DNA from: Mobula birostris | Taxonomy: Eukaryota | Length of the DNA stretch: 64,000 nt | Assembly: GCF_030028105.1 (NCBI RefSeq) | Contig: NW_027274494.1 | Span: 1 to 64,000, forward strand | Direction: 5' to 3' | Shown here: piece after piece, positions 21,465 through 32,420 of the stretch | Numbering within the stretch: position 1 is the first letter of the stretch | Layout: each line of letters starts with the position of its first letter | Made by a program: the position numbers and the translations under genes | Notes under the pieces: generated by a model | What the model was told of the DNA's origin: nothing | Databases searched by the model: none | The model's input: only the letters and a program-made list of their open reading frames with translations

Positions 21465-22690
21465 TGAACATATGAAGATGTTACCAGGAAAGATGACGAG
21501 GGTAAAGCGGTGGGTGTTGTCTATATGGACATCAGTAAGGTCTTTGACAAGGTTCCACGCAGAAGGTTAGTTAGGAAGGTTCAATTGTTAGGCATTACTA
21601 TCGAAGTAATAAAATGGATTCAGCAGTGGCTGGATGGGAGACGCCAGAGAGTGGTGGTGGATAACTGTGGGTCAGATTTGAGGACAGTGTCTAGTGGTGT
21701 GCCTCAGGGATCTGTACTGGATCCAAAGTTGTTTCTGTTATATATTCATGATATGCATCATGGGGTGGTAAATTGGATCAGTAAGTATGCAGCTGATACT
21801 AAGATAGGTGGAGATGTGGATAATGAAGTGGGTTTTCAAAGTTTGCAGAGAGATGTGGACCATTTAGCAGAGTGGGCTGAAAGATGGCAGATGGAGTTTA
21901 ATGCAGATAAATGTGAGGTGCTACATTTTGGTAGGACTAATAAATAGGACATACATGGTAAATGGTAGGGCAGTGAAGAATGCAGTAGAACAGAGGGATC
22001 TAGGAATAATGGTGCAATGTTCCCTGACCGAGGATCTCATGTGGATAGGCTGGTGAAGAAAGCTTTTGGTGTCCTGGTCTTTATAAATCAGAACATTGAG
22101 GATAGAAGTTGGGTTGTAATGTTGAAATTGTATAAGGCATTGGTAAGGACAAATTTTCAGTATTGTGTAAAGTTATTTTCACCGAAAAATAGGAAAGATG
22201 TCAATAAAATTGAGAGAGTAGAGAGGAAACTTACTCGGATGTTGCCTGGGTTTCATCTCCTAAGTTACAGAGAAAGGTTGAACAAGTTGGGTCTTTATTC
22301 CTTGGAGCGTAGAAGGTTGAAGGGGGACTTGATAGAGGTGTTTAAAATTGTAAGTGGGATAGATAGAGATGACGTGGATAGGCTTTTTCCATTGAGAGTG
22401 GGGGAGATTCAAACAAGAGCACATGAGTTGAGAGTTAAAGGGCAAAAGTTTAGGGGTAACATGAGCGGGAATTTCTTTACTCAGAGAGTGGTAGCTGCGT
22501 GTAACAAGCATCCTGCAGAAGTGGTTGAAGCATGTTTGATGTTGTCATTTAAAGTTAAATTAGATCGATATATGGGCAGGAAAATAATGGAGGGTTATGG
22601 GCTAAGTGCAAGTCCGTGAGAGTAAGAGTTGGGGACGGACTTGAAGGGCAGAGATGGCCTGTTCCTGTGCTGTAATTGTTATATAGATAT
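21465..22690 (+). mobile_element. CR1 ORF2 3' half with tail
   Basis: ORFs 21510-21947 and 22017-22619 carry RT and C-terminal motifs. Confidence 0.9.
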
Positions 22691-23342
22691 CTGATTAAAA
22701 ACTCATGCGTACAAATTCGCCAGGAGGAGTGTGTTTGGGGAAATATTAAAATAAAAAAACAACAAAGAAGCTATTGAGTGAGCAATAAAGAAAGTGAAGC
22801 TAGATTATGAAAATGAACCAGCATAAAATATAAAAAAAACGAATAGTCGAAGGTTTATAACTTTATAAAGAGGAAAGGTTGGTAAAAGTGAATGTAGGTC
22901 CCGTGGAAGACGAGAAGGGGCATTGATATTTGATAGTGAGTAAATGCCAGATGCTCTGAATGACTATTTTGTGTCGGTCTTGTATGCCAAAGTGCGATGT
23001 TATGGATGCGATGGGAGGTGAGGACTTCGATACAATAGCTATCACTAAGGAGGTAGCGCTGAGGAAACTTGTGGGCCTAGAGATAGACCACTCCCCTCGT
23101 CCTGATCGAATGCACCCCAGGGTACTGAGAAGTATGGCAGAGGTTATGGCAGAATCGTTGGCAAAATTTTACCAAAATTCTCTGGAAGCTGGGCAGATCT
23201 CAACGGTTTGAAAGAAGGCAAATGTCAGGCCAGTGTTGAAAAAAAAAAAAAGATGTAGGCAAAAGGCATGTAACTATAGGCCACACATGGAAAAGTTGCT
23301 GGTGAACGCCGCAGGCCAGGCTCCATCTCTAGGAAGAAATAG

Positions 23343-23378
23343 AGTCGTCGTTTCGGGCCGAGATCCTTCGTCAGGCCG
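23343..23378 (-). ncRNA. Hammerhead ribozyme motif with mutated cleavage triplet (GAC)
   Basis: ggc-CTGACGA-aggatctcggccc-GAAA-cGAC-gact. Confidence 0.55.
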
Positions 23379-24017
23379 AAATAAAAGAAGAGCTAGTAAG
23401 AGATTTGAAAGTGGGAGGGGAAGGGGGAGATGAGATACGATAGGAGAAGACAGGCGAGGGAGGGATGGAGCCAAGAGCTGGACAGTTAATTGACAAAAGG
23501 GGAATGAGAGGCTTATAGGACAGGAGGACTACGTAGAAAGAAAAGGAGGAGTGCGGGAAAAGTCCAGAGTATGGACAAGGAGTGTAGGGAGAGGGACAGA
23601 GGGAGAAAACGGAGAGACAGAAAAATAATGGGTGTATATAAATAAATAACGGATGGAGTACGAGGTGGAGGTGGGGCATTAGCGGAAGTTTGAAAAGTCA
23701 GTATTCCTGCTATCGAGTTGGAGGCTACCCAAACGGAATATAATGTGTTATTCCTACAACCTGAGTGTAGCTTCATATTTACAGTAAAGGAGACCGTGGA
23801 TAGATATATCAGAATGGGAATCGGACCTTGAACTAAAATATGTGGCCGCAGGGAGATCCTGCGTTCTCTGGCGGACAGAGTGTAGGTCTTCAGCGAACCG
23901 ATCTCCCAATCTGCGTCGGGTCTCGCCAATGTATAGAAAACCGCATCGGGAGCACCGGACGCAGTATATCACCCCAGCCGACTCACAGGTGAAGTGTCCC
24001 CTCACCTGGAAGAGCTG

Positions 24018-25487
24018 ATTGGTCTGCCATGTCCTTGCTCCCCGTAATCAATTCACCTGTTTCTGTCTGCAGGGGACCTACATTTGTCTTTACCCGTCTT
24101 TTCCTTTTTACATATCTATAAAAGCTTTTACAGTCCGTTTTTATGTTTCCTGCCAGTTTTCTCTCATAATCTTTTTCCCCTTCCTAATTAAGCCCTTTGT
24201 CCTCCTCTGCTGAACTCTGAATTTCTCCCAGTCCTCAGGTGAGCCACTTTCTCTGGCTAATTTGTATGCTTCTTCTTTGGAATTGATACTATCCCTAATT
24301 TCTCTTGTCAGCCACGGGTGCACTACCTTTCTTGATTTATTCTTTTGCCAAACTGGGATGAACATTTGTTGTAGTTCATCCATGCAACCTTTAAATGCTT
24401 GCCATTGCATATCCACCGTCAATCCTTTAAGTGTCATTTGCCAGTCTATCATAGCTAATTCACGTCTCATACCTTCAAAGTTACCCCTCTTTAAGTTCAG
24501 AATCTTTGTTTCTGAATTAACTATGTCACTCTCCATCTTAATGAAGAATTCCACCATATTATGGTCACTCTTATCCAAAGGGCCTCTCACGACAAGATTG
24601 CTAATTAACCCTTTCTTATTGCTCAAAACCCAGTCCAGAATAGCCTGATCTCTAGTTGGTTCCTCGACATGTTGGTTCAAAAAACCATCCCGCATACATT
24701 CCAAGAAAGTCTCTTCCTCAGCACCTTTACCAATTTGGTTCACCCAATCTGCATGTAGATTGAAGTCACCCATTATAACTGTTGTTCCTTTATTGCACAT
24801 ATTTCTATGTTCCTGTTTAATACCATCTCCGACCTCACTACTGCTGTTAGGTGGCCTGTACGCAACTCCCACCGCGTCTTCTGCCCCTTAGTGTTACGCA
24901 GCTCTACCCATATCGATTCCACATCTTCCCGGCTTATGTCCTTCCTTTCTATTCCGTTAGTCTCTTCTTTAACCAGCAACGCCACCCCACCACCCTTTCC
25001 TTCATGTCTATCCCTCCTGAATATTGAGTATCCCTGAACGTTGAGCTCCCATTCTTGGTCACCCTGGAGCCATGTCTCTGTGATCCCAACTATATCATAA
25101 TCATTAATAACAATCTGCACTTTCAATTCATCCACCTTATTACGAATGCTCCTTGCATTGACACACAAAGCCTTCAGGCGCTCTTTTACAACTCTCTTAG
25201 CCCTTATACAATTATGTTGAAAAGTGGCCCTTTATAATGCTTGCCCTGGATTTGTCGGCCTGCCACTTTTACTCTTTTCCTTAGTACTTTTTGCTTCTAC
25301 CCTCATTTTACACCCCCCCCCCCCGTCTCTCTGCACTGGTTCCCATCCCCCTGTTGTGAACTAACCTCCTCAGACCTAGCCTCTTTAATTTGTTTCCCAC
25401 CCCGTAACCATTCTAGTTTAAAGTCACCTCAGTAGCCCTCGCTAATCTCCCTGCCAGGATATTGGTCGCCCTAGGATTCAAGTGTAA
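24018..25487 (-). mobile_element. Internal CR1 fragment (ORF1 end plus APE domain) inside the PLE
   Basis: VNARSI.NK, GITETWL, YRPPN, MGDFN, SDHN; highly similar to ~33420-34885; no 3' tail. Confidence 0.9.
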
Positions 25488-25994
25488 CATGCTTCGCTTA
25501 CAAGGATCAGTGCCAGGAGGGAGATCGGTGGGGAGGGATGGGGTGGAGGAATGGACAAGGGAGTCTCGTAGGGAGCGATCCCTGCGGAAAACAGAGAGAC
25601 GGGAGGAGGGAAAGTTGTGCTTAGTGGTGGGATACCGTTGGAGGTGCCGGAAGTTAAGGACATCTCCTTCTTCCTGGAATGTAAAGCCTCATCCTGAGAG
25701 CAGATGCGGCGAAGTCCGAGGAATGTGTGCATTATATACACGCAGTCTTTCTCTCTCTCTCCTTTTTCTCCCTCTGTCTCTCTCACTATACCCCTTACCT
25801 ATCCTCCGGGTTTTCACACCCATCCCACTTTCCTTTCTCCCTAAGTCTCCTGTTCCAAGATCTTCTCATATTCCTTTAGCCAATCAACTCTCCAGCTCTT
25901 GGCTCCATCCCTCCCCCTCCTGTCTTCTCCTAACGTTTCGGCTATGCCCCTCCCCCTCCCATTTTCAAATCTCTTACTAGCTCTTCTTTCAGGT

Positions 25995-26030
25995 TGTGCT
26001 GACGAAGGGTTTCGGCCCGAAACGTCGACT
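25995..26030 (+). ncRNA. Hammerhead ribozyme motif (core intact, helix I weakened)
   Basis: tgtg-CTGACGA-agggtttcggccc-GAAA-cGTC-gact. Confidence 0.65.
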
Positions 26031-26892
26031 GTACCTCTTCCTAGAGATGCTGCCTGGCCTGCTGCTTTCACCAGCAACTTATATATGTGTTGCTTGAAAT
26101 TCCAGCATCTGCAGATATCCTCGTGTTTGCGTAACTCTTGGCCAGTTAGTTTTACATCTGGTCTTGGGAAAATGCTTGAGTTATCATTAAATAAGAAATA
26201 GGGAGGCATGTGGAAGGAAATGGATCCATCAAGCAGGCGCACCATCGATTCAGCAAAGGCAGATCCTTTTCGACTACCTCTGTGAGGATATAACTATTTA
26301 TATGAATAAAAAATTGCAAATGAAATATTGACTTTCGTTGCTGGAGGGATTGAATTCAGGAGCAGGGATTTAAGCTGCAACTTCACAGGGTACTGTGCAC
26401 CTGTGCAACTGCACATCGTGAGTACGATGTGCAGTTCTGGTCTCCTCACGTGAGGAACGGTATACCGGCCTTGGAGGCGCTGCAGAAGAGGTTCATCAGG
26501 TTAATTCCATAAAATAGGGTGGATAGACAAGGAGGAAAGATTGAATCGTCTGGCACTGTTTTCGCAAGGATTAAGAGGACATCTTATGATACATATAAAT
26601 TTTTTAAAGGGATAGATACGTCAGACACCGATTACCCCTCACCGTTCCGCATCGTGACAGCGACATGCACCACACTGTGACCCGAGAAGCCCCTCAGCGC
26701 AGCACCGACAGGACCCTTAATGTGACCCCGAAACATTGTTCTCCATGATACCGACAAGTCCCTCAGCGTGACTCCAACAGGACACTCAACGTGATACTGA
26801 CATACCGCTCACCGTGTTTCCGTTAAGCCCCACAGTGTGACAACTACACGTCCCTTAGCGTGACACCGACACAGCCTAACCATCATTCTCAG

Positions 26893-27270
26893 TATCACAG
26901 ATTCGTCACTCTTTGATCACCTTCGACCGAGAGCACCAGAAACATTGTGAACAATACCAGGAGATGAACAGTACCCAGCGCCAGTGTGGACTGCAGGTAA
27001 ATGAATTGAACTCAACCCTTGAATACAATATAACTGAGAATTCCCGTCTGGTTGTCTCCCGAAGCACCTGTCTCAGGAATATTTCTGTCCTCAGTTGAAA
27101 CCTCTCCATCCTCGAAAGCGAATTTTTCGTAAACGAAAATACAAACTCCGCCCTGAACTCCAAACTGACACTAACTGATCTCCATCAACAGATCTCAGAC
27201 CTCGAAATGAAGTACCATACTCTCAGCGAAGTCAAGGCTCAAATCTGTCAACTGCTGTTCAGCAGAAAAA
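26893..27270 (+). pseudogene. Gene B neck exon (378 bp) with in-frame stop
   Basis: ctcag|TA TCA CAG ATT CGT...KAQICQLLFSRK|gtgagt; TGA at 27096-27098. Confidence 0.9.
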
Positions 27271-27449
27271 GTGAGTTAACACACCAACCCGCACACGTTC
27301 TCCCGCTACTCATCGCTGAGCAGAGTGAGAGGAAGCTATATTCTGAGTCTGATCCCGGAAGTGTGTGGTGGGATGGGGCGGCGAGCCCGACCCCTAGTGT
27401 CTGAGCTCGGTAGTGCGTGATAGGATGGTACGCCGGGTGCTTCACTCTG

Positions 27450-28543
27450 TAAACACAAAATACTCTGCAGATGATGGGAGCAAAGCAACACACGCAGCAC
27501 GCTGCAGGAACTCAGTAGGTCGGGCACCATCCGTGAAAAGGAGCAGTCAATGTTTCGGGCCGAGACTCTTCGTCAGGACTGAAGAGGGAGGGGACAGGGG
27601 CCCTATGAGAAGATGTGGGGAGAGGGTGGAAAGGAGAAGGCGGGTAGAAGCCAGGTGAAAAACCAGTACTGGGAAAGATCAAGGGGTGGGGGAGGGGAAG
27701 AAGGGACGGGATAGGCAGGAAAGGTGTAGAAAGAGTAGGTAAAAGCACAAAGGGTAGTAGAAAGAGGCAGAATCATGAGGGAGGTGACAGACAGCTGGAG
27801 GAGGGGGCAGAAGGAAAATGGGATGGGGGAAGGGAGGGGATGGGAATTACCGGAAGTTAGAGAATTCAGGCCAAGGGTCTGGAGACTACCCAGACGGTAT
27901 ACGAGGTGTTGCTCCTCCAACCTGAGTTTAGTCTGATCATGACAGTAGAGGAGGCCATGTCTGGACATATCGGAATGGGAGTCGGAAGCAGAATTGAAGT
28001 GAGTGGCAACCGCGAAATCCTGTCTTTTGTGGCAGACGGAGTGGAGGTGCTCGACGAAGCGGTCCCCCAATCTGTGTCGGCTTTCACCGATGTAGAGGAG
28101 GCCGCATCGGGAGCACCGAATGCAAAAAATAGCCCGAAAAAACTCACAAGTGAGGTGTTGCCTCACCTGGCAGGACTGTTTGGGGCCCGGAGAAATGGTG
28201 AAAGAGGAGATGTAGGGACAGGTGTAACACCTACGGTTACCAGGGAAGGTGCCGGGTGGGAGATACGTGGGGAGGGACGTGTACACTAGGGAGTCGCGGA
28301 GGGAACGATCCCTGCGGAAAGGGGAGATGGCTATAGAGGGAAAGATGTGCTTCGTGGTGGAATCCTGTTGAAGGTGGCTGAAGTTACGAAGGATAATGTG
28401 CTGCATCCGGAGGCTGGTGGGGTGGTAGGTGAGGTCAAAGGGATCTCTGTCCCTGTTGTGGTGGCGGGAGGATGGGGTGAGGGCTGAAGTGCGGGAAATG
28501 GAGGAGATGCGTGTGAGGGCATCATTGATGACGGTAGAAGGGT
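27450..28543 (-). mobile_element. Penelope-like element 3' part (GIY-YIG plus pLTR) inside the 52-bp array of gene B
   Basis: ORF 27603-28640: CIRCSRCGLLYIGESRHRLGDRFVEH...PLGLN. Confidence 0.88.
27544..27581 (-). ncRNA. Hammerhead ribozyme motif (CpG-decayed helix III)
   Basis: cagtc-CTGACGA-agagtctcggccc-GAAA-cATT-gactg. Confidence 0.6.
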
Positions 28544-28663
28544 CTGATCCCGTGTGGTGTTGGATGGGACGGAATGGAGGGAGATTCACTCTATCTCTCA
28601 CCACGATGTGCGTGATGAGACGGTAGGGAATGATATTCACTGCTACTTATTCCTAATTTCCAG

Positions 28664-28806
28664 AGCATACGTGTTCCGAGGAGTGGATCCAAAATAAAGA
28701 CCAATGTTATTACGTATCCATGTTTGATACATCTTTCAACACAGCGGTGCAGGAATGTTCAAACCGCAATGCAAGGCTGCTTGAAATCAAATCAAGGGAT
28801 GAAGCG
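28664..28806 (+). pseudogene. Gene B CTLD exon 1 (143 bp)
   Basis: HTCSEEWIQNKDQCYYVSMFDTSFNTAVQECSNRNARLLEIKSRDEA|gtatgt. Confidence 0.9.
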
Positions 28807-28839
28807 GTATGTGCCACGGCACAAGAAGATCTCACAGGA

Positions 28840-29570
28840 ATCATCACCCACTCCCGGGGTCAGACACAGAATAACACCCACAATATACTCCCAGCACACA
28901 GTCCCGGGTGAGACACAGAGTGACACCCATACTACACTCCCAAGACACATACTCGGGGTCAGACACAGAGTGCAGCTCCGTCCACAACGTACCATCACAC
29001 ACCTCCGGGGTCAGACACAGAGTGAATCTCCCTCCACACCGTCCCATCACAGACTCCGGGGTCAGACACAGAGTGAATCTTCTTCCACAACGTCCCATCA
29101 CACACTCCCGGGGTCAGACACAGAGTGAATCTCCCTCCACAACGTACCATCACACACTCCCGGGGTCAGACAGAGAGTGACACCCACAATATACTCCCAG
29201 CACACAGTGCCGGGTGAGACACAGAGTGACACCCATACTACACTCCCAAGACACATACTCGGAGTCAGACACAGAGTGCAGCTCCATCCACAACGTACCA
29301 TCACACACCTCCGGGTTCAGACACAGAGTGAATCTCCCTGCATTCCGTCCCATCACACACTCCGGGGTCACACACAGAGTGAATCTCCCTCCACACCGTC
29401 CCATCACACACTCCGGGGTCAGGCACAGAGTGAATCTCCCTCCACACCGTCCCATCACACAATCCCGGGGTGAGACACAGAGTGAATCCCCCTCCGCACC
29501 GTCCCATCACACACACCCGGGGTCAGACACAGAGTGAACCTCCCTCCGCACCGTCCCATCACAGATTCCT
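28840..29570 (-). repeat. 52-bp minisatellite array with a 306-bp higher-order duplication
   Basis: Variant unit cacccacaatatactcccag at 28875 and 29181. Confidence 0.9.
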
Positions 29571-29645
29571 GGTGTAGTCAACCGAAAGAAGCTCTCTAAA
29601 TAGTTTTCGTTTCTTAGAATTAATCAGATAAATTTAATTTCCCAG

Positions 29646-29710
29646 AGTTTTCTATCCCAGGAACTTGTGTACCGATACCGTGCATACTGGATTGGAAAAT
29701 GCGAAGACGG
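29646..29710 (+). pseudogene. Gene B CTLD exon 2 (65 bp)
   Basis: SFLSQELVYRYRAYWIGKCEDG|gtgag. Confidence 0.9.
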
Positions 29711-30743
29711 GTGAGATTTGGACTGGTCTGTGGGGTGAGAGTTGGGCATTGAAATAGTCCTGACGGAGGGAAAAGGGATTCGTTTACGATGAGAGTGTAT
29801 GAGGTTGTCGGGAGAGTTTGGTACAATGGGAACATTTTGAGGCCGACATGTGTCTGTCGGGGAAGGACGGAGCAGTGTGAATATTTCGGAAACCTCCAGG
29901 GGGCAGTGGGGAGAGCTCAGAACACAGGGATTACGTCATTTGGGTACTGACGATTGTCGGTGAGGAGGGCGCGGTGGAGTGGGATCATTTTGGAGATAGT
30001 CGCCGGGCTGTGAGGAGGGGGAGCAACAGCAGGATTAGTTTGGTGAATGTCAGAGATCTGAAGGCCGAGAGTAGGACAACTGGATCAGTTTGGAGACCGA
30101 TACAGGCGGTGGACACACAGTGGGTTAATGGGATTAGTTTGCGAACTGACGCACGGGTGTGGGAGGGAGGGTGCCAGTGGTGTAAGTCTGGAGATGGACC
30201 CAAGGCTATGAGGAGAGTGCGGTGCAGTGGGATATGTTAGCAGACTGGCGCGAAGCTCTGGGTAGAGGGAAGAGCAACGGGATTAATCTGGGACCGACTA
30301 GGGCTGAGGGAAGTTTGTGGACAAGTGGGATTCATCTCGGGACAGAGATAAGTCTGTGCGGAGACGGTGGGACAGTGGGGTTTGTTCGGGGAGTTAAACA
30401 GATCTGAGGGGAGAGGGTGGGCCTGTTTGATTCGTATGGGGAGTGACAGGGGACTGTGGTGAAAAAGTGGTTCGGTGAGTTAGTTTGGAGAGACACAGGG
30501 CTGTGGGGCGACATTGGATCAGTACGATTAATTTAGGGACAGCCACAGTATTCTGGGGAGACATTGGGACCGTGGTATCTGTCTGGGTACTGGCGTGACA
30601 GTGGATGAGTGGGATGAGTTTGCGGACTGACTCAGGCTGTTAGGAGAGAGCGATTTCATGGGTTAGCTTGTGGACGATCTCGGATCGGGTTCTCTGCTGG
30701 AGCTGTTTTGTCTCTGTTTAAATTGTTTATCCCTGTTGGACAG

Positions 30744-30933
30744 GAATGTGGGCCCGAGTCTCCTGCACAGCGTGTTCTCTAGATCTTCCGTCTGTTTAGA
30801 TTGCAACTCGCATCTAGGGAACGACCGTTGCAATCGTGATTGGCGTTTCATCTACGAAAAGTCGGCACCTTTGTTTCCGGATGTTCCTGAAAAGATTAAG
30901 GATCTCTGTCGACAGCCACTGGAGGCGAAGTGA
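30744..30933 (+). pseudogene. Gene B CTLD exon 3
   Basis: NVGPSLLHSVFSRSSVCLDCNSHLGNDRCNRDWRFIYEKSAPLFPDVPEKIKDLCRQPLEAK*. Confidence 0.9.
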
Positions 30934-31749
30934 ATCAAGTCATTTACCCCAATTTCTCCTCCTTGTTTGCCCTTCACTCTCACTCCCCGATCCTTTCAAA
31001 TTCCCTCCTCACATTCTCTGCCCCTTCCCTCCTAGTCTCACACCTCCTCTTGTCGCCATCATATTCTCCCTGCGAAACATCGTCAAACCTCTCTCGCCAT
31101 CTATCCCCACATTTCTCACTATTCCCCCAGTTCCGTTCTTCCCCGCTCCCTCCACCTTTCTCTCTACCCCCTCACCTCCCCTCATTTCCTCGAGCTTTCT
31201 CCGCCCGCTCTTTCCCTGCTCCCTCTGCACACCTCTTTCACTTCTTTCACGCCCCCCCACGGCACTCTTTCTCTCCCCCCTCCCTGTTCTCTCTAAACAA
31301 TCTGTCTCCCTTATCCCTCTCTCTTTCGCCTTTCCACCCACTCTGAGCTCAATCCTGTGCCGTCCGGTGCTCGATAACCCAACCCTGGGTAAGACGCTAT
31401 GCCTATTCCCTTTTTCTGTGCCCCTCTGGTGTTTATGGAACTGTGTAAGTTTACAACTACGCTCCAGGGAATAATGTCCCAACCTACCCTTCCTCTCTCC
31501 ATAACTCAGTCCTCCGAGTTTAGTAATATCCCCGTAGAACTCCCTGTACATTCTATCCAGTTCAATGGCATTTTCCCCTAAAACTGTGTGCGGCCACACC
31601 GACTGCAATGTGAGCTCCTCACTCCTGTACGCCGGTGCCCTCAGTGGTGAAGACCAGCGGGCCAAGTGCCCTGCCCACTGGTATCGGATGTTTCCTACCG
31701 GAATGGCAATTTCATGTACTATCTGTATGAAGGGGTCCTGATTTACCCC

Positions 31750-32420
31750 TATGTACTGTGCTTTTAAAAAAGACAGACAGAGAGAGAGAGGTGTCCAGCA
31801 CAAAAACCTTGTTAAAAAGACAGAATTATTTAACACCGACATTTGTTTTCAAGAGAGAGAGAGAGTCGAGGACTGCTCACAGCATGGTTACATCTGTACA
31901 AGGGCACTGCTTTCAGCTTCTGCATTCTTACAGATAGAGAAGGAAGGAACTGTTTGGGTAACAGTTGGGATTCAACACGGGGTAATAAATAAAAGGTCAG
32001 GCAGTAGACCTCAGACATGTTTTTGGGAACTGAGTGAGGTTTATTGTTTTGGAGGATCGATCAGGCGAATAGATCAATGACTCTCGCAGTGTGAAAAGGG
32101 AGAGACTGGTGGGGAGGTGTTTATGTATCCAAACATCGCCTGGGTTGGTAATTCCACCACAGAAGAACGGTACCCTTTGTTTTGTTCACAGCTGGTGATC
32201 TAAAGATAACTGGAAGATCGACGGCGTCAGCTCACCTGCAGACTCAAATCTCTCCCCGTCTCTCTGTCCATCAATAAATATTCATTGATAACCTGTCTGA
32301 TTTCTCTGCATTTATATTACTCTATTGCGTAGTTACTAATAAATACCATCAGTTAATAGCAACACTGGGCTCCAAAGTGCTTTCAATTTCTGCTGCTTCT
32401 TTTACCCGTCACGCATCATA
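31750..32420 (+). mobile_element. Possible LTR-like remnant
   Basis: Unique sequence with clustered AATAAA near the 3' end; termini not clearly defined. Confidence 0.3.

Larger units (their letters stand above)
23284..26130 (-). mobile_element. Penelope-like element with inverted pLTRs and a 14-bp TSD
   Basis: GIY-YIG ORF 23754-24005 (VIYCVRCSRCGFLYIGET..RLGDRF.E); inverted pLTR at 25730-26130; TSD gtaactataggcca (23270-23283) / gtaactcttggcca (26131-26144). Confidence 0.85.
22690..26620 (+). mobile_element. Degenerate CR1 ORF2 host (22690-23283 and 26131-26620)
   Basis: SPRPDRMHPRVLR, then an NYRPVSLT motif split by the PLE insertion. Confidence 0.7.
15173..30933 (+). pseudogene. Gene B: C-type lectin-like receptor pseudogene (six recognisable exons)
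   Basis: ATG changed to AAG plus two 1-bp deletions in exon 1; in-frame TGA at 27096-27098 in the neck; FICEK changed to FIYEK. Linking exon 1 to the TM exon is an inference. Confidence 0.8.

Noticed and set aside
28840-29570. cacagag in the 52-bp unit as a V(D)J recombination signal
   Set aside because: One mismatch to the CACAGTG heptamer, but no nonamer at 12/23 spacing and no Ig/TCR segments.
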